From positions 447,271 to 511,270 of the forward strand of contig NMRA01000230.1 in NCBI GenBank assembly GCA_002633005.1: a DNA stretch of 64,000 bases. The letters run 5' to 3'. This document shows positions 11,147-25,629 of this stretch, piece by piece. Source of the DNA: Phoronis australis (taxonomy: Eukaryota > Animalia > Phoronida). The notes under the pieces are model-generated. The model was not told the origin of the DNA and did not search any database. It worked only from the letters and a program-made list of their open reading frames with translations. Position numbers and translations under genes: made by a program. Every line of letters begins with the position of its first letter. Positions within the stretch are counted from its first letter, which is position 1.

Positions 11147-13149
11147 ATGAATAATTTCTGCCCTTTTCTAGTTTCCCCAAATAAATAGTTTCAACGTGTG
11201 ACAAATAAAAAACAAAACTTCATAAAAATCATAGGTTTGTTCACTGTTTCCGTACATTTTGACTTAGACATAAAGTAAATAATATACCCCGTAGGTAACG
11301 CTACCATTGTCACCATAATATACAGTCATTTCATGTCGATGTTGTTACGTAATTTTACACTTGCAAGTCCACTACTTTAAAAGTACGCCCGCACTTATTT
11401 TTGGTGTGCTAGAAAATATGCGATTTTGAATACAGATTGAGGTCTATTTCTTGTGAAAAGTGACTTAAGACTTTAAAAAATTTGGCTTCTCACAATTACT
11501 GAATGAAGTTGCTGTCATCATAGGACACAGACAACAGATTCACAGCTCCGATGTTTTCAGTGAAATTCCTAGAGGAGGCGACACTCTCTTCCAGTGCACA
11601 ATGGGTTAGTGAGACTTCGCATTTACCGGAAGCAAAATGTACATCACATAGGGAGCCGCTAGTGAATAGCGACGTCGCAGTCAGTGGCGTTGTTCGCGGC
11701 TTGCGCGCAAGATCAAAGATCCTGTGCAATGAGAACGAACAGAGTTGGATGTGCATTGCAGCAACTGTATATACTGCCACGTATTTGTTAGCTCACTACA
11801 GTTTAGAAAAAACACATGCAAATTATCTGAGCAATGTGCCATAGGGTGTATTTTTAAGGATCTTACACCTTCACTGTGGTGAGATAATAATTTTTTTGGA
11901 AATAATTGTGTCAGTGGGAGTAAGACGAAATTTATAACCTAATGTTCAAGGGGACATAATCCGTTTTACAGCCAAAAGTCACGTGTTGTGTTTCTGATGA
12001 AGTTGGGTGAGATAAGACTTCTTGAAGTGGTTACCTTTGACCAGAGCTACGAAATAAAAAAAGTTGTGTTTTTGTGATTTCATTGCTAATCTCCAATTGT
12101 TGCCGTTGTCCAACAGCCATTCGCAGAAATCGACGCGAGCTTAAAATACTCTGAAATTTTTTCTTGAACTTCAGTCGTGCTGCTCTGAATCAAGGTTTTT
12201 GCCACACAAATGCTAGTTCTTCACAGTTTCGCGTAAAAATGCAACAAGTATCTAATCAACTATTATTCAATTACCATTTTAATCTATGATAAACCGAATA
12301 TAATTGGGGAAAACTAAAAAACGTCACATCTTTGAAAATTAAAGGACTGTTAGGCTTTAAATTATCGAGTGTAATTTAATCCCGCCAGCAAAGCTATGGA
12401 CTGCGACTTCTATGTGTGCGTTATGGCTGATATCAGAAAACCCCTTTTTTCGCCGATAATGTCTCTTTATAAGTCACTCTGCATGAAACTGATCCCTGTT
12501 ATTCAGGAATGCATAATTAAATCGACAACTTCACGTTGACAAATTGTCAAACATGATATCGTTGGCAGGTCAGCACAATTAATAATCACTCTAAAAATTG
12601 TCGACTGTTAAAAGTTTCCGTTAAAAATCTTCAAATTTGAGATTAAAATACTGAATACGATTGAATTGTCAAACAATACGCTAGGAAGGATGTCAACAAT
12701 TTCATAACTATTTTTATCAACAATTGTCACTTACCTTCATTATAGCTTTTTATTATTTCAGAAGTGAACAAAACAGTTCTTGGTTCCAAAGATTTAGAGG
12801 AAAAATAGAAGTGTCTGTCATTTAAATAGTCTGTAATGACGGGTACGGACGAGTCTAAGAGAGTGGGGAGGTTAGACAGGCATGAAGTGATCAATAAATC
12901 TTGAGCGACACAGTCGTTACGGTTAGTGTACATTTACATGTATATCAACCGGATACAGAAAGTTGGTAATTAATTATATATTCAGAGAAGTTTGCGTTCA
13001 TTTCTACCCGCGTGTATTACAGTAGCAGAGAAATTATACAAAAGTTCAAAATCACAAAGTAGACCCTGCATGCATTGTTTGAATATTAATGACTGAATAT
13101 TAATAAACCTTCAATCTAACACAATACAACTGAAGTCGCTTTCCGTTTA

Positions 13150-13330
13150 GAGGCGAAACTTCACTTTTATCGAAGCTTCGGTAAATGGAAAAGGTTTAGT
13201 TTTGGTAGTTAATCTGCAAACGAAACTTCGCTGAAAATAGTAGGATTTAAAAGCGAAGTTTCGGTAGTCACCGAAACTTCGGTGTATTGGGAACATTCAA
13301 AGCGAAACTTCATCGAAGTTATCGGTAGAG
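13150..13330. repeat. Palindromic MITE-like relic built from CGAAACTTCG motifs
   Basis: Several cgaaacttc/gaagtttcg copies in both orientations, for example cgaagtttcggtagtcaccgaaacttcg. Confidence 0.55.
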
Positions 13331-16300
13331 GTCGCGGCAACGACATACAATCACGCGAGTCTCGCAAAATGTGTTATTTGAAGTGAATAGACCTCTTACC
13401 TAGACCGTGGTTGGCAAATACTCACCACCATGATTACCACGGCTCTTGCTAGGCCAGAGCATCCCAGTATCTAATAACTTTTTACACTCTCAACATTTAG
13501 GGAGCAGAAACTCGTTCTTACCGTCGTCGTCCGCAGCTTTTACTCCTTGAAAGGAAAACCTGCCAGTGTCAAGTCTCAAACAACTCACATGCATTTTTGA
13601 TACGACAAATGATGCTCTGAAAAATTGCTAATTATAATAATGACAATGGAGGTATTCATGAAATATGAATAGAATAAATCAAAACATTGAGTTAATATTG
13701 CACGTATGTTGTAAGAGCAAAGACAAACTCCTTTATTGGCAACTTGCCTACAATAAGAGAAGTCTGACAGCCCTTCTTAGGACAAGTGTTATCTTGAAAT
13801 ATTGTAATGCTTATTTTAAAGAAAAAATAATGAAAATATAGTCATTTTGCTCACATTTTCCATATTTGCCCTGTCAGACATGCAAAACAAACTAAAAGGA
13901 ACCCATGAAGTTTTTCCTAACTTGGTTTCCGAAAGAGTCCCCATGAGGGTCATTTCCTGGTTACGATCTTTCGGAAATGGTGGCACATGTAAATTAAAAG
14001 GACTTGGATCTCAATCCAAAGGCTTCACCAGTTGTACAGAATGCGTTAAAGCATTCCGGCAGTGTAGGCAGGCCCCAAAGTACACGTGTTACAACAATTT
14101 ATCTCTAAAATACCATTCTCAACACAAAAGACGGGTTGCTTTCCATAGATCTAAGACACTCATGAAAAACGTGATGTGATTACTTGCATTGCTTATATAT
14201 GTATGGCGATATCTCGCAAACACTAGCATCATCTCGCATTTTATGAGAGTCTGTCGTCTACGGAACGTAGCTGGGGTCTTGAAATTTTCATGCTCTCGGA
14301 GCTGTAAAGTTAGATAAAAGTGCAACATGAACGTTTTGGAATGTGGTCTAAACAGGAGTGAAATTTAAGTCGGTCACGAAGTTTGAAAAGTACGGTATCT
14401 AATACTGACGTATCAGCTGGGTCTAATGTTTGTATGGCAATAATTTAGACGGTCTGATTTGATCCTTACATTCTAGAGAGGAGGAAGTGATCAGAGAGAT
14501 GCAGCGAATCTCTTTATTTGCGTCATCTTGAGCTTTGACTATCGCCGTCAGAATTAAAAATGGCCAACACCTATGATAACGTCTCAGGTACAAGGCAACT
14601 GTCACAGCAATCTATGGACCGAGTCACTACCAAACTCTTGGACAAGCGATACGCCAGACGAAAAAATCAGACGACATTGAAGTCAAGGGTTTCAGCATGG
14701 AACCGGCAGTTAAACATGATGAGTTCTGAAGTGCTTTACAACTAACTGCATAAACAACTGATATTGAAGAATCTTTATGTCAGAACAACGTTGTCATCAG
14801 TTGGAAGTGTAAAATGTTAGCGCACGTACTTGAAATGTAAAATCACCACTTCACAACATGATTGCAAAGATTTGACGACTTGTCACTGACATCGTCGTTA
14901 AAGGAAAACATCGATTCGAAATCAATTACAAGACATAGAAATCGATTCCGTAAATGAGGAGAAGCGTCCTTGACCTCAGGCAAATTTTCGTCTGGAATTT
15001 GTTGATTTTCTAGAAAGTCACACAAACTGGGCGAAATCACATCGGCCGCACGTAAATCTTCCTATCGTAGCCCAGGGCGGCATCATTTGTTCGCAAGAGC
15101 ATAGAACCCTAACCCTGGAATGCCAACTCCGATCCCCCGACCTCAGAGGTTGCGACGAGTATGCGTAAGAGTTGTTTCGTGTTTGTTCCGATATGTGTAC
15201 TTATTATGGAGTTCGTTGTCATTAAAACTTTTCGCAAAACCGTCGTTTTCAGCCGAAGTGCATAATAACCATATCATTAGAAAGCCCTTTGTCAGTTCTT
15301 AATGATCATAATAAAATTACAAGACAAATAATTTAATTCATTAGTAATTATCATTTAGCATATATGACTATTTTATAAACTATTTTTTAATTCTAAAAAC
15401 CAAGAATGGCACCGAATTACGAAAGACGACAGCTTGTAATAGCAACATAAAAACGAAATGAACTAGAGAGGTTACATAAATGACTATAGTTAAGCCATTA
15501 GGGAAATATTTCCAATGACTCAAAAGATTTCTACCGTATAAAGACAAAGGTTTTAGGATATGATCCCTCACACTTGTTGGGGATAATTTAGTCAGGAATT
15601 CATCCAAAGTTAAATACCTTTATACATTGTAATCAACTGGACTTTTAATGCAAGTTTCATACAATTATTCAGTAAAAATTTCAGAGTGCAGTGACATTTA
15701 CGAAAATTCGATAAACTACTCCAAGTATCTATCCAAAATTTGCATAACAAGGTTTTCTGGTGGATAAAAATGGGCAAACATCTATCACGTGGCTTTGAAA
15801 TGTAATGTGGAGAACTTATCGCATTGGTCGTAGTGTAGGACTTGAAAAATTTTTTAGATATTTCTTTTCTTCAGAAAGTAAGAAGTTAGTGATACATTTA
15901 GTGTATGTTAGCGTAAACAAGAGACACTGGAGCATAATGTTTCGATTTTTATATTACTAAAGACAGTAGACTCTGAAAAATAACAATATTCATGAAATAG
16001 ACAATGTTATTTTGAAGACCTGTTGTATAGCTGTCACGGCCATAATTCAAGAACGAAGAAAAAAACCGAACAACTCGATTGAAATGCGGGACATCAGGAT
16101 AAACTGAGATATCTGAGTCAAAGCCAAAACGTAAGGGAGAAATGTCCGCTGCAACACACAATGACGAACCGACAGCGTTTTTGTCGAACCGGAGATGTAA
16201 CACTTAAAAAATTCCCTACAGCGTTTGTTGTTGTTGCTTTTTTTATAGTTCAATGTGAAATTGCGGATGCCGCAAAAACCCATGAAACGTACCATTTTTT

Positions 16301-16489
16301 ATTTTTAGTAGAGCGGTTGAATATGACTATGTCTCGTAGGAAATTGCAATAGTATATGATAATTTGTCTATTTGGCCGTGTGCCAAAAAGTTGGACATTT
16401 AGATGGTGTGGCGGGATGGCATTAAAAAAATTGAAAATTAGGACAGTCTGCCAAGAGTAGGGCAATTGGCAAATACACTGTAGATGACT

Positions 16490-17035
16490 GGCCAGAACAA
16501 GAAGTTTTTTAATTCTATGCACCAGAGAGGTTTAAAATTGCCTACCCGACTACCAGAGTTATTGTTGATGGCACAGAAATACCAGTTTAGAGCTCTGGCT
16601 TCCCAACATCCCAACAGGACATCTTTTAACTTACAAGAACAGGAACAGTGTTATGCTTCTTGTAGGTATATTGTCAGGTGGTTTATTATAGTACACATCC
16701 GCAAGTTTTGCTGGGTCCACCAGTGATTGCCAACTTATAGAGAGAAGTGATCCACCTTGGATGTTTGACTCAGGAGACCCCGTCATGCCAGACAAGGGGT
16801 TCAATGTTCAGGACATCTTTGTGCCATTTGATATTCAACATACTCACGTTTTTAAAAAATGCCGTCCAGTTCTCACCGAACACTCTACGAAAAAACCGTT
16901 AAACAACCTCCAAATTATTGGACTTGCCAAAACATGCAAAATTTTGACGGAGTCATTCAACAAATCTAAAGTAATTTTATAATCTAATGTCATTCATGTA
17001 GTCTTTATGTTAAGCAACTTCCGTGACTGTAATAT
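16490..17035 (+). pseudogene. Decayed DDE_Tnp_4 transposase (ISL2EU/PIF-Harbinger-like)
   Basis: Across frameshifts: PTTRVIVDGTEIP..TYKNRNSVMLLVG..FAGSTSDCQLIERS..FDSGDPVMPDKGFNVQDIF. This matches the VIIDCTE, YKxxNTxK, GxxSD and GDxVMADKGF motifs. Confidence 0.85.
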
Positions 17036-17377
17036 ACCAAAAAATAAATAAATTTGAAGTGGAACTATTGTAGTTTTCTGAAAAATTTGACGCAGTATTT
17101 TCTTGTTGACCATGACGAAATTTTGAAACAAAATTGTTTGGCTAATTTGAAGTGATTGACAGTTATTTTCATATCTGATTCTCTTAATGCTTTTCTGAAA
17201 GCTTCAATAAACCAAAGTCAACTGAAACCAGATTGATCAACTTTTCAAACCTGCCAGAGAGCTATACACAAGTACCGCATACTACTGTTGTCGAATTTAA
17301 GAATCTCATGTTTATTAATACTAGTAGCAGTGCATAATAGTTATGATCAGTGTTCGAAATTCAGCAAATATGTGCTG

Positions 17378-20300
17378 ACCCGCCTGGCCAGTTAGACTAA
17401 AAATTTACTGGCCCGTGTACTAAGTTAACTTTTCAATGTTACTGGCCCGGCTGCAAATCCACTGGGTGGTTATCATTACAGTATCAAGTACATGTTCAAT
17501 ACCGATAATTTGCAGTTTTTCCTATATTCCACTGTGAAATGTACATTAGAAGCAGACACTTCGTGTAACCTTTAACTTGGAATAATTAAAAAAATGTCAT
17601 TTCTCTCAAATCTAAAATCCAGGGTCACCTTATTCAAAAACTGAAATGTCTTCCAGGTAATTTATGATGTAAATGGACTGATACCACAACCCTTCAACGT
17701 GTACATCCAATAAGATTCTGTATGCTCTAAGATTTTGATTAATAGACACTTGACACATTACTTCACTTGACATGTTTAGAAACAGCAATACATTCTCAAG
17801 TGTTATAGTACAATAATTTTTCAATTACTGCCTGACGGAAATGGTCATTGCAAAGCTCATTAAGTTTGAATAGCATAATTATAAGCTATCAGAATTTCGT
17901 CACGTACAACTCTGAATATCTTGTGATCTTTCTTATTGGTATAAAAATTCAATACAAAGACATTGAAGTTCTCACGCTTACTACACACACACACACACGC
18001 CAAAACAACCGCCCACTTTAGGTAGGATGTTGTCAGGAACCGTTAAGGTTAGCCAGTTTTTCCAGGCTGCCTGGTATTTATCTAAATTACCATTGTTTAA
18101 TATCTCTTCTTTGAATGTGAAATCCTATTTCCAATATCTTAGGAAAATGACAAATTCATACCAAATGCTGGAGATGAAGGTGTTTATTATCCCTCAGCGA
18201 AAAAGTTTACATGGTCCAGGACAAATCCAGTCAAAAAGGCTAGGTTAGATTATTTTCTTGTTACCCAACAATTACTCTCGCGTATCGAAAAGGTGGAAAC
18301 CCAGTCGGGCTACCCATCGGACCATAACAACGTCGCCTTAACTATACAAATAACTACGTTCAAAAAAGGACCGCGGTTTTGGAAATTTAATAACTCACTG
18401 CTAAAAGACAAAGAATATATTAATGTCAAGAATGAGATTTTGTGTACGAAAACACAATATGCTCTTCCAGTATACCATTTGAGCAAAATACAAGAAATCG
18501 ACTGATAATCTTCAGTTTTATGTATTTGATCAATTGTTTTGGAGACGTTATTGTTAAATATTCGAACGGTAACTATTCCGTGTTGTATCTCTAAGATAAA
18601 AGAAAAAATAGAAAAGGAAAGGACTTGGAAGAAGAGTTAATGTCCTTACAAGATAGGTTCAATGAGAGTGACGATCCTGAAATTCCTGTTCTATTGCAAA
18701 ATAAGAAGTCAGAATATGAGATTTATGCAGAGAATACATGCATGGAGTAATGGTCAGATCGAGAGCCAACTGGGTTGAAAATGGCGAAAAACCAAATATT
18801 TTTGTGCATTAAAAAACGAAATTTTGTGAATAAGAATGTAACTAAGCTACTGAGCTCCAATAACGCTATTATCAAGGAACAATCCGTTATCCTCTGGGAG
18901 ATCACTTCATTTTATAAAAATTCATACTCCTGTAAAGACGGCGACCTTGTTGATGTTAATTTAAATGAACTTTTGGCATTGTGCCCAATGCCTAAATTGA
19001 ACCAGTCCAACCGAGTCGAATTTGAAAAAAATTACCACTTTTGAAGAAATTCATGCAACTCTGAAAGACTTAAAAAACAACAAAAGTCCTGGCCCAGATG
19101 GTGTCACAATAGAATGTTTAATTTTTTTGGCCATACCTTAAATATTATTTGTTCCGATCTTTTGAAGAAGGTATCAATAAAGGAGAATTATCTACAACGC
19201 AAAAACAGGGTATTATCTCAATAATACCAAAAGAAAATATACCAAGAGAATTCATCAATTTCACTATTGAATATTGCTTACAAAATTTTGTCTGGTTGTA
19301 TTGCAAGACGCCTAAAAAGCGTCCTCGGACCCCTTATTCACGAGAGCCAACAAGGTTTCATGAAAGGCAGATATATTGGGGGGAAACAAAATAATTTTAT
19401 ACGATGTAATTCAATTTTTAGATTGCAAACCCTTTCCCGGACTCCTCTTAATGATTGAAAAGGCTTTCGACTCGGTTTCCTGGTTTTCCATCCTCAAGGC
19501 ATTATCATACTTTAACTTCGGCCGAATGTTCATTGACGTGGTCAAAACACTCTACAACAAATCTTGTCTTTGTGTTCTCCAACATGGATTTTTCACTGAA
19601 TTTTTTGAAATGGGGAGAGGCTGTCGTCAAGGAGACCCTATTTCTCCTTACCTTTTTGTTTTATGTGTAGAAATATTGGGTAATTTAATTCGTCGGGATG
19701 GTGGCATCACTGGGATCAGCAAGGCATTTCTGAGTTTAAGTTTATCCAGTACGCTGACGACACTTGTTTAAGTTTGGACGGTTCTGATCATCTTTGAATT
19801 TAATTGACCAATTTGCGAAATTTTCTGGTTTGAAGCCAAACATCGAGAAAACAAGATATGTTTGGATTGGTTCAAAAAAAAGACTCTGACGAAAAACTTT
19901 GTGTGAGTGAGAACCTTTTATGGACNACCCGCCCGGCCAGTTAGACTGAAAATTTACTGGCCCGGGTACTAAGTTAACTTTTCAATGTTACTGGCCCGGC
20001 CGCAAATCCACTGGGTGGTTATCATCCTCCAATACAGTATCAAGTACATCGTCAATACCGATAATTTGCAGTTTTACCTATATTCCACTGTGAAATGTAC
20101 ATTAGAAACAGACACTTAGTGTAACCTATAACTTGGAATAATTAACAAAATGTCATTTCTCTCAAATCTAAAATCCAGGGTCACCTTATTCAAAAACTGA
20201 AATGTCTTCCACGTAAATTGTGATGTAAATGGACTGATACCACAACCCTTCAACGTGTACATCCAATTATATTCTGTATGCTCTAAGATTTTGATTAATA

Positions 20301-22436
20301 GACACTTGACACATTACTTCACTTGACATGTTTAGAAACAGCAATATATTCTCAAGTGTTATAGTACAATAATTTTTCAATTACTGCCTGACGGAAAAGG
20401 TCATTGCAAAGCTCATTAAGTTTGAATAGCATATAAGCTATCAGAATCTCGTCACGTACAACTCTGAATATCTTGTGATCTTTCTTATTGGTATAAAAAA
20501 CAATGCAAAGACATTGAAGTTCTCACTCTTACTGCACACACGCACCCGCCAAAACAACCACCCACTTTAGGTAGGATGTTGTTAGGAAACGTTAAGGTTA
20601 GCCAGTTTTTCCAGGCTGCCTGGTATTTATCTAAATTACCATTATTTAATATCTCTTCTTTGAATGTGAAATCCTATTTCCAATATCATAGGAAAATGAC
20701 AAATTCATACCAAATGCTGGAGATGAAAGCAAAAAAGTTTACATGGTCCAGTCAAAAAGGCTAGGTTAGATTATTTTCTTGTTACCCAAGAATTACTCTC
20801 GAGTATCAAAAGGTGGAAACACAGTTGGGCTACCCATCGGACCATAACAACGTCGCCTTAACTATACAAATAACTACGTTCAAAAAAGGACCGCCGTTTT
20901 GGAAATTTAATAACTCACTGCTAAAAGACAAAGAATATATTAATGTCAAGAATGAGATTTTGTGTACGAAAACACAGTATGCTCTTCCAGTATACGATTT
21001 GAGCAAAATACAAGAAATTGACTCTGATAATCTTCAGTTTTATGTATTTGATCAATTGTTTTTGGAGACGTTATTGTTAAATATTCGAACGGTAACTATT
21101 CCGTGTTGTATCTCTAGGATAAAAGATAAAATACAAAAGGAAAAGACTTGGAAGAACAGTTAATGTCCTTACAAGATTGGTTCAATGAGAGTGACGATCC
21201 TGAAATTCCTGTTCTATTGCAAAATAAGAAGTCAGAATATGAGATTTATGCAGAGAATACATGCATGGAGTAATAATGGTCAGATCGAGAGCCAACTGGG
21301 TTGAAAATGGCGAAAAACCAAACCAAATATTTTTGTGAATAAGAATGTTACTATGCTACTGAGCTCCAATAACGCTATTATCAAGGAACAATCCGTTATC
21401 CTCTGGGAGATCACTTCATTTTATAAAAATTCATACTCCTGTAAAGACGGCGACCTTGTTGATGTTAATTTAAATGAACTTTTGGCATTGTGCCCAATGC
21501 CTAAATTGAACCAGTCCAACCGAGTCGAACTTGAAAAAAATTACCACTTTTGAGGAAATTCATGCAACTCTGAAATACTTAAAAAACAACAAAAGTCCTG
21601 GCCCAGATGGTGTCACAATAGAATGTTTAATTTTTTTTTGGCCATACCTTAAATATTATTTGTTCCGATCTTTTGAAGAAGGTATCAATAAAGGAGAATT
21701 ATCTACAACGCAAAAACAGGGTATTATCTCAATAATACCAAAAGAAAATATACTAAGAGAATTCATCAATTTCACTATTGAATATTGCTTACAAAATTTT
21801 GTCTGGTTGTATTGCAAGACGCCTAAAAAGCGTCCTCGGACCCCTTATTCACGAGAGCCAACAAGGTTTCATGAAAGGCAGATATATTGGGGGGAAACAA
21901 AATAATTTTATACGATGTAATTCAATTTTTAGATTGCAAACCCTTTCCCGGACTCCTCTTAATGATTGAAAAGGCTTTCGACTCAGTTTCCTGGTTTTCC
22001 ATCCTCAAGGCATTATCATACTTTAACTTCGGCCGAATGTTCATTGACGTGGTCAAAACACTCTACAACAAATCTTGTCTTTGTGTTCTCCAACATGGAT
22101 TTTTCACTGAATTTTTTGAAATGGGGAGAGGCTGTCGTCAAGGAGACCCTATTTCTCCTTACCTTTTTGTTTTATGTGTAGAAATATTGGGTAATTTAAT
22201 TCGTCGGGATGGTGGCATCACTGGGATCAGCAAGGCATTTCTGAGTTTAAGTTTATCCAGTACGCTGACGACACTTGTTTAAGTTTGGACGGTTCTGATC
22301 ATCTTTGAATTTAATTGACCAATTTGCGAAATTTTCTGGTTTGAAGCCAAACATCGAGAAAACAAGATATGTTTGGATTGGTTCAAAAAAAAGACTCTGA
22401 CGAAAAACTTTGTGTGAGTGAGAACCTTTTATGGAC
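17378..22436. repeat. Direct duplication (~2.5 kb) across the single N at 19926; probable haplotype overlap
   Basis: 19927-22436 repeats 17378-19925 almost exactly, including the LINE and its host flank. The junction is the N. Confidence 0.9.
18163..19925 (+). mobile_element. L1/Tx1-type LINE ORF2 fragment (duplicate haplotype copy)
   Basis: RLDYFL, SDH, FWKFNNSLLKD, NKSPGPDG, QQGFMKGRYIG, EKAFDSVSW and RGCRQGDPISPYLF; frameshifted. Confidence 0.92.
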
Positions 22437-23488
22437 CAAAAAACCTTTCATGTTTTTGGTAATTGACTTCTCCACTGATTATAATACAATGCCGGGTATT
22501 AACTATAGTTCCAGGCCTTTGGAAATTAAGAAAATGGTGGGCTCTTGGTCAAGAAGAATTCTTATTGTTTTAGGTAAATTGACTGTGTTTAAGACTTTTT
22601 TATTGCCCAAGATTGTTCATTTGCTTCAATCTCTCCCTAGCCCCTCAATTAACATGATTCAAGAATTAGAGCGAATTTTCTTTGGCTTCATTTGGAATGG
22701 GAAGAATGGCAGAGTTAGCCGAAATGAAATTGTACAAAATCAGGATCATGGTGGTTTAAAAATGGTTCATGTTAGTTTTTTTATTAATTCTTTGAAAATA
22801 TCGTGGCTTCCAAGTTATATTTTTAAAATTTTACATAATAAATCACAAGCGGTAAATATTTATGACACCTTAGTACAGTCACTTCAGACAGCTTGTAAAT
22901 TTAAAAACAAGTGGTCATCTGAGATAGATATAAACGGTGCTATAAATAATGTAAATTTTAGTGACTCTGATGTATGGTGGAGAAAATTAAATAAACTCCC
23001 CTCCAATTGCGTTGATTTCAGTACCGCTTAATTCACAGAATATTACCAACTAACAATTATTTAAATAAAATTAAAATAAAAACAAGTGATCTATGCTCTT
23101 TCTGTGGGGAACACAGTGAAACATTTCTCCATCTCTTTTGGGAATGTTGTCTTGTCTCCCGTTTCTGGCTCCCGTTTTCTGAGTGCTTAAAACATATGTA
23201 AATTTTCATGTGGACAAGATAGCAGTGTTTATTATTTTTGGGAAACATTCAGTCGGAAAATTGTAACATTAATCTGTTAATCGTGGTAGCAAAAATTACA
23301 CATTTAGCCAAAAGCTTGTTAAAAAAACCTTAATTTCCAATTGTTCATTAACTTTATTAAATTAAATCCTGAAGGAAATACGGTACTTGCTGGCTAATGA
23401 TTTAATGTTATTCTTTGTAAATGTTGTATACTGTATTGTTTTATGTCACATGTAATTATCATGCTAGAGCAAAATAAAAATATGGAAA
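20712..23488 (+). mobile_element. 5'-truncated L1/Tx1-type LINE (EN end, RT, zf-RVT) with target-site duplication
   Basis: Same motifs as the 18163 copy plus QYADD, GGLKMV and HRILPTNNYL..CSFCGEHSETFLHLFWEC. AATAAA precedes an A-rich end. Flanked by aaattcatacc at 20701-20711 and 23489-23499. Confidence 0.92.
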
Positions 23489-25629
23489 AAATTCATACCT
23501 TTTACCGACATCACCCAGCTGTCTAATTCCTCTGTCAATATTTTTATGTTATTGCCTTCCAAAAGGATTTGATCTACTGTTTCAGTTTGTGACTGGCAGA
23601 AAGTACATACATCAGAGTTCACCAAGTTGATTTTTAAGAAAAGAATTCGTTCACTGGAATTATTCTATGTAATACTTTTTATCGTAATCTATTTTGCCCG
23701 GGGTACGCCACGAGCTATGTTGCAGAGTAAAACAAGAGGAGGATTGCGAATATTGTCCTTTATTATGACGTCAATAGATAAAACTAACTAAGACTCTGCA
23801 AGATGGGCATGGACAAAACGCCATAATGGCAGCACGGGAATGATGACATCGACCATCCGAGGAAGCGGAACCCGGGCAATAACAAGGTTAGACTATGATA
23901 AAATATAGGTACTAAACGAGATAACAGCAAATTAGAATACATAAGTCTAGAATAGAAGAGACAACAACATAACGAAATGGAAGTAAAGTGAACTAGAACT
24001 AATGACTAGAAATTGAAGCCGGCAACTACAGGCCTTGGGCCACAGGCTGCAACAACAGACCTGCGAACGGGAGGAGGCCGGCTGCAACAACAGACCGGAC
24101 CTAGCGGGCTGAAACCACAGACCCAGAAGAGTGGGAGGGGCTGAAAAGCAAAGTGAGAGAAGTGGGGAGCTGCAACAACAGGCTCACCAGGAGTTCAAGA
24201 AGCCTGGGGAAGAGGAAAAGCAGACATGCGAATGTAGTTTTTTAGTGCGTCCGATTTCCAGCGCCCCATGCGCTGGATCACCGGTTCANTAGATATAAAC
24301 GGTGCTATAAATAATGTAAATTTTAGTGACTCTGATGTATGGTGGAGAAAATTAAATAAACTCCCTTCCAATTGAGTTGATTTCAGTACCGCTTAATTCA
24401 CAGAATATTACCAACTAACAATTATTTAAATAAAATTAAAATAAAAACAAGTGATCTATGCTCTTTCTGTGGGGAACACAGTGAAACATTTCTCCTTGGG
24501 AATGTTGTCTTGTCTCCGGTTTCTGGCTCCCGTTTTCTGGGTGCTTAAAACATATGTAAATTTTCATGTGGACAAGATAGCAGTGTTTTTTATTTTTTGG
24601 AAACATTCAGTCAGAAAATTGCAACATTAATCTGTTAATCGTGGTAGCAAAAATTACACATTTAGCCAAAAGTTTGTTAAAAAAACCTTAATTTCCAATT
24701 GTTCATTAACTTTATTAAATTAAATCCTGAAAGAAAAACGGTACTTGCTGGCTAATGATTTAATGTTATTCTTTGTAAATGTTGTATACTGTATTGTTTT
24801 ATGTCACATGTAATTATCATGCTAGAGCAAAATAAAAATATGGAAAAAATTCATACCTTTTACCGACATCACCCACCTGTCTAATTCCTCTGTCAATATT
24901 TTTATGTTATTGCCTTCCAAAAGGATTTGATCTACTTTTTCAGTTTGTGACAGGCAGATAGTACATACATCAGAGTTCACCAAGTTGATTTTTAAGAAAA
25001 GAATTCGTTCAAAGGAAGTATTCTATGTAATACTTTTTATCGTAATCTATTTTGCCCGGGGTACGCCACGAGCTATGTTGCAGAGTAAAACAAGAGGAGG
25101 ATTGCGAATATTGTCATTTATTATGACGTAATAGATAAAACTAACTAAGACTCTTTAAGATGGGCATGGACAAAACGCCATAATGGCAGCACGGGAATGC
25201 TGACATCGCCCATCCGAGGAAGCGGAACCCGGGCAATAACAAGGTTAGACTATGATAGAATATAGGTACTAAACGAGATAACAGCAAATTAGAATACATA
25301 AGTCTAGAATAGAAAAAACAAGAACATTACGAAATAGAAGTAAAGTGAACTAGAACTAATGACTAGAAATTGAAGCCGGCAACTACAGGCCTTGGGCCAC
25401 AGGCTGCAACAACAGACCTGCGAACGGGAGGAGGCCGGCTGCAACAACAGACCGGACCTAATGGGCTGAAACCACAGGCCCAGAGGAAAGCAAAGTGAGA
25501 GAAGTGGGGAGCTGCAACAACAGGCTCATCAGGAGTTCAAGAAGCCTGGGGAAGAGGAAAAGCAGACATGCGAATGTAGTTTTTAGTGCGTCAGATTTCC
25601 AGCGCCCCATGCGCTGGATCACCGGTTCA
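22922..25629. repeat. Direct duplication (~1.35 kb) across the single N at 24289; probable haplotype overlap
   Basis: 24290-25629 repeats about 22922-24288 with SNPs and short indels. Confidence 0.88.

Noticed and set aside
13150-13330. CRISPR-like repeat array
   Set aside because: The motifs are short, occur in both orientations and are irregularly spaced. The context is eukaryotic with no cas genes.
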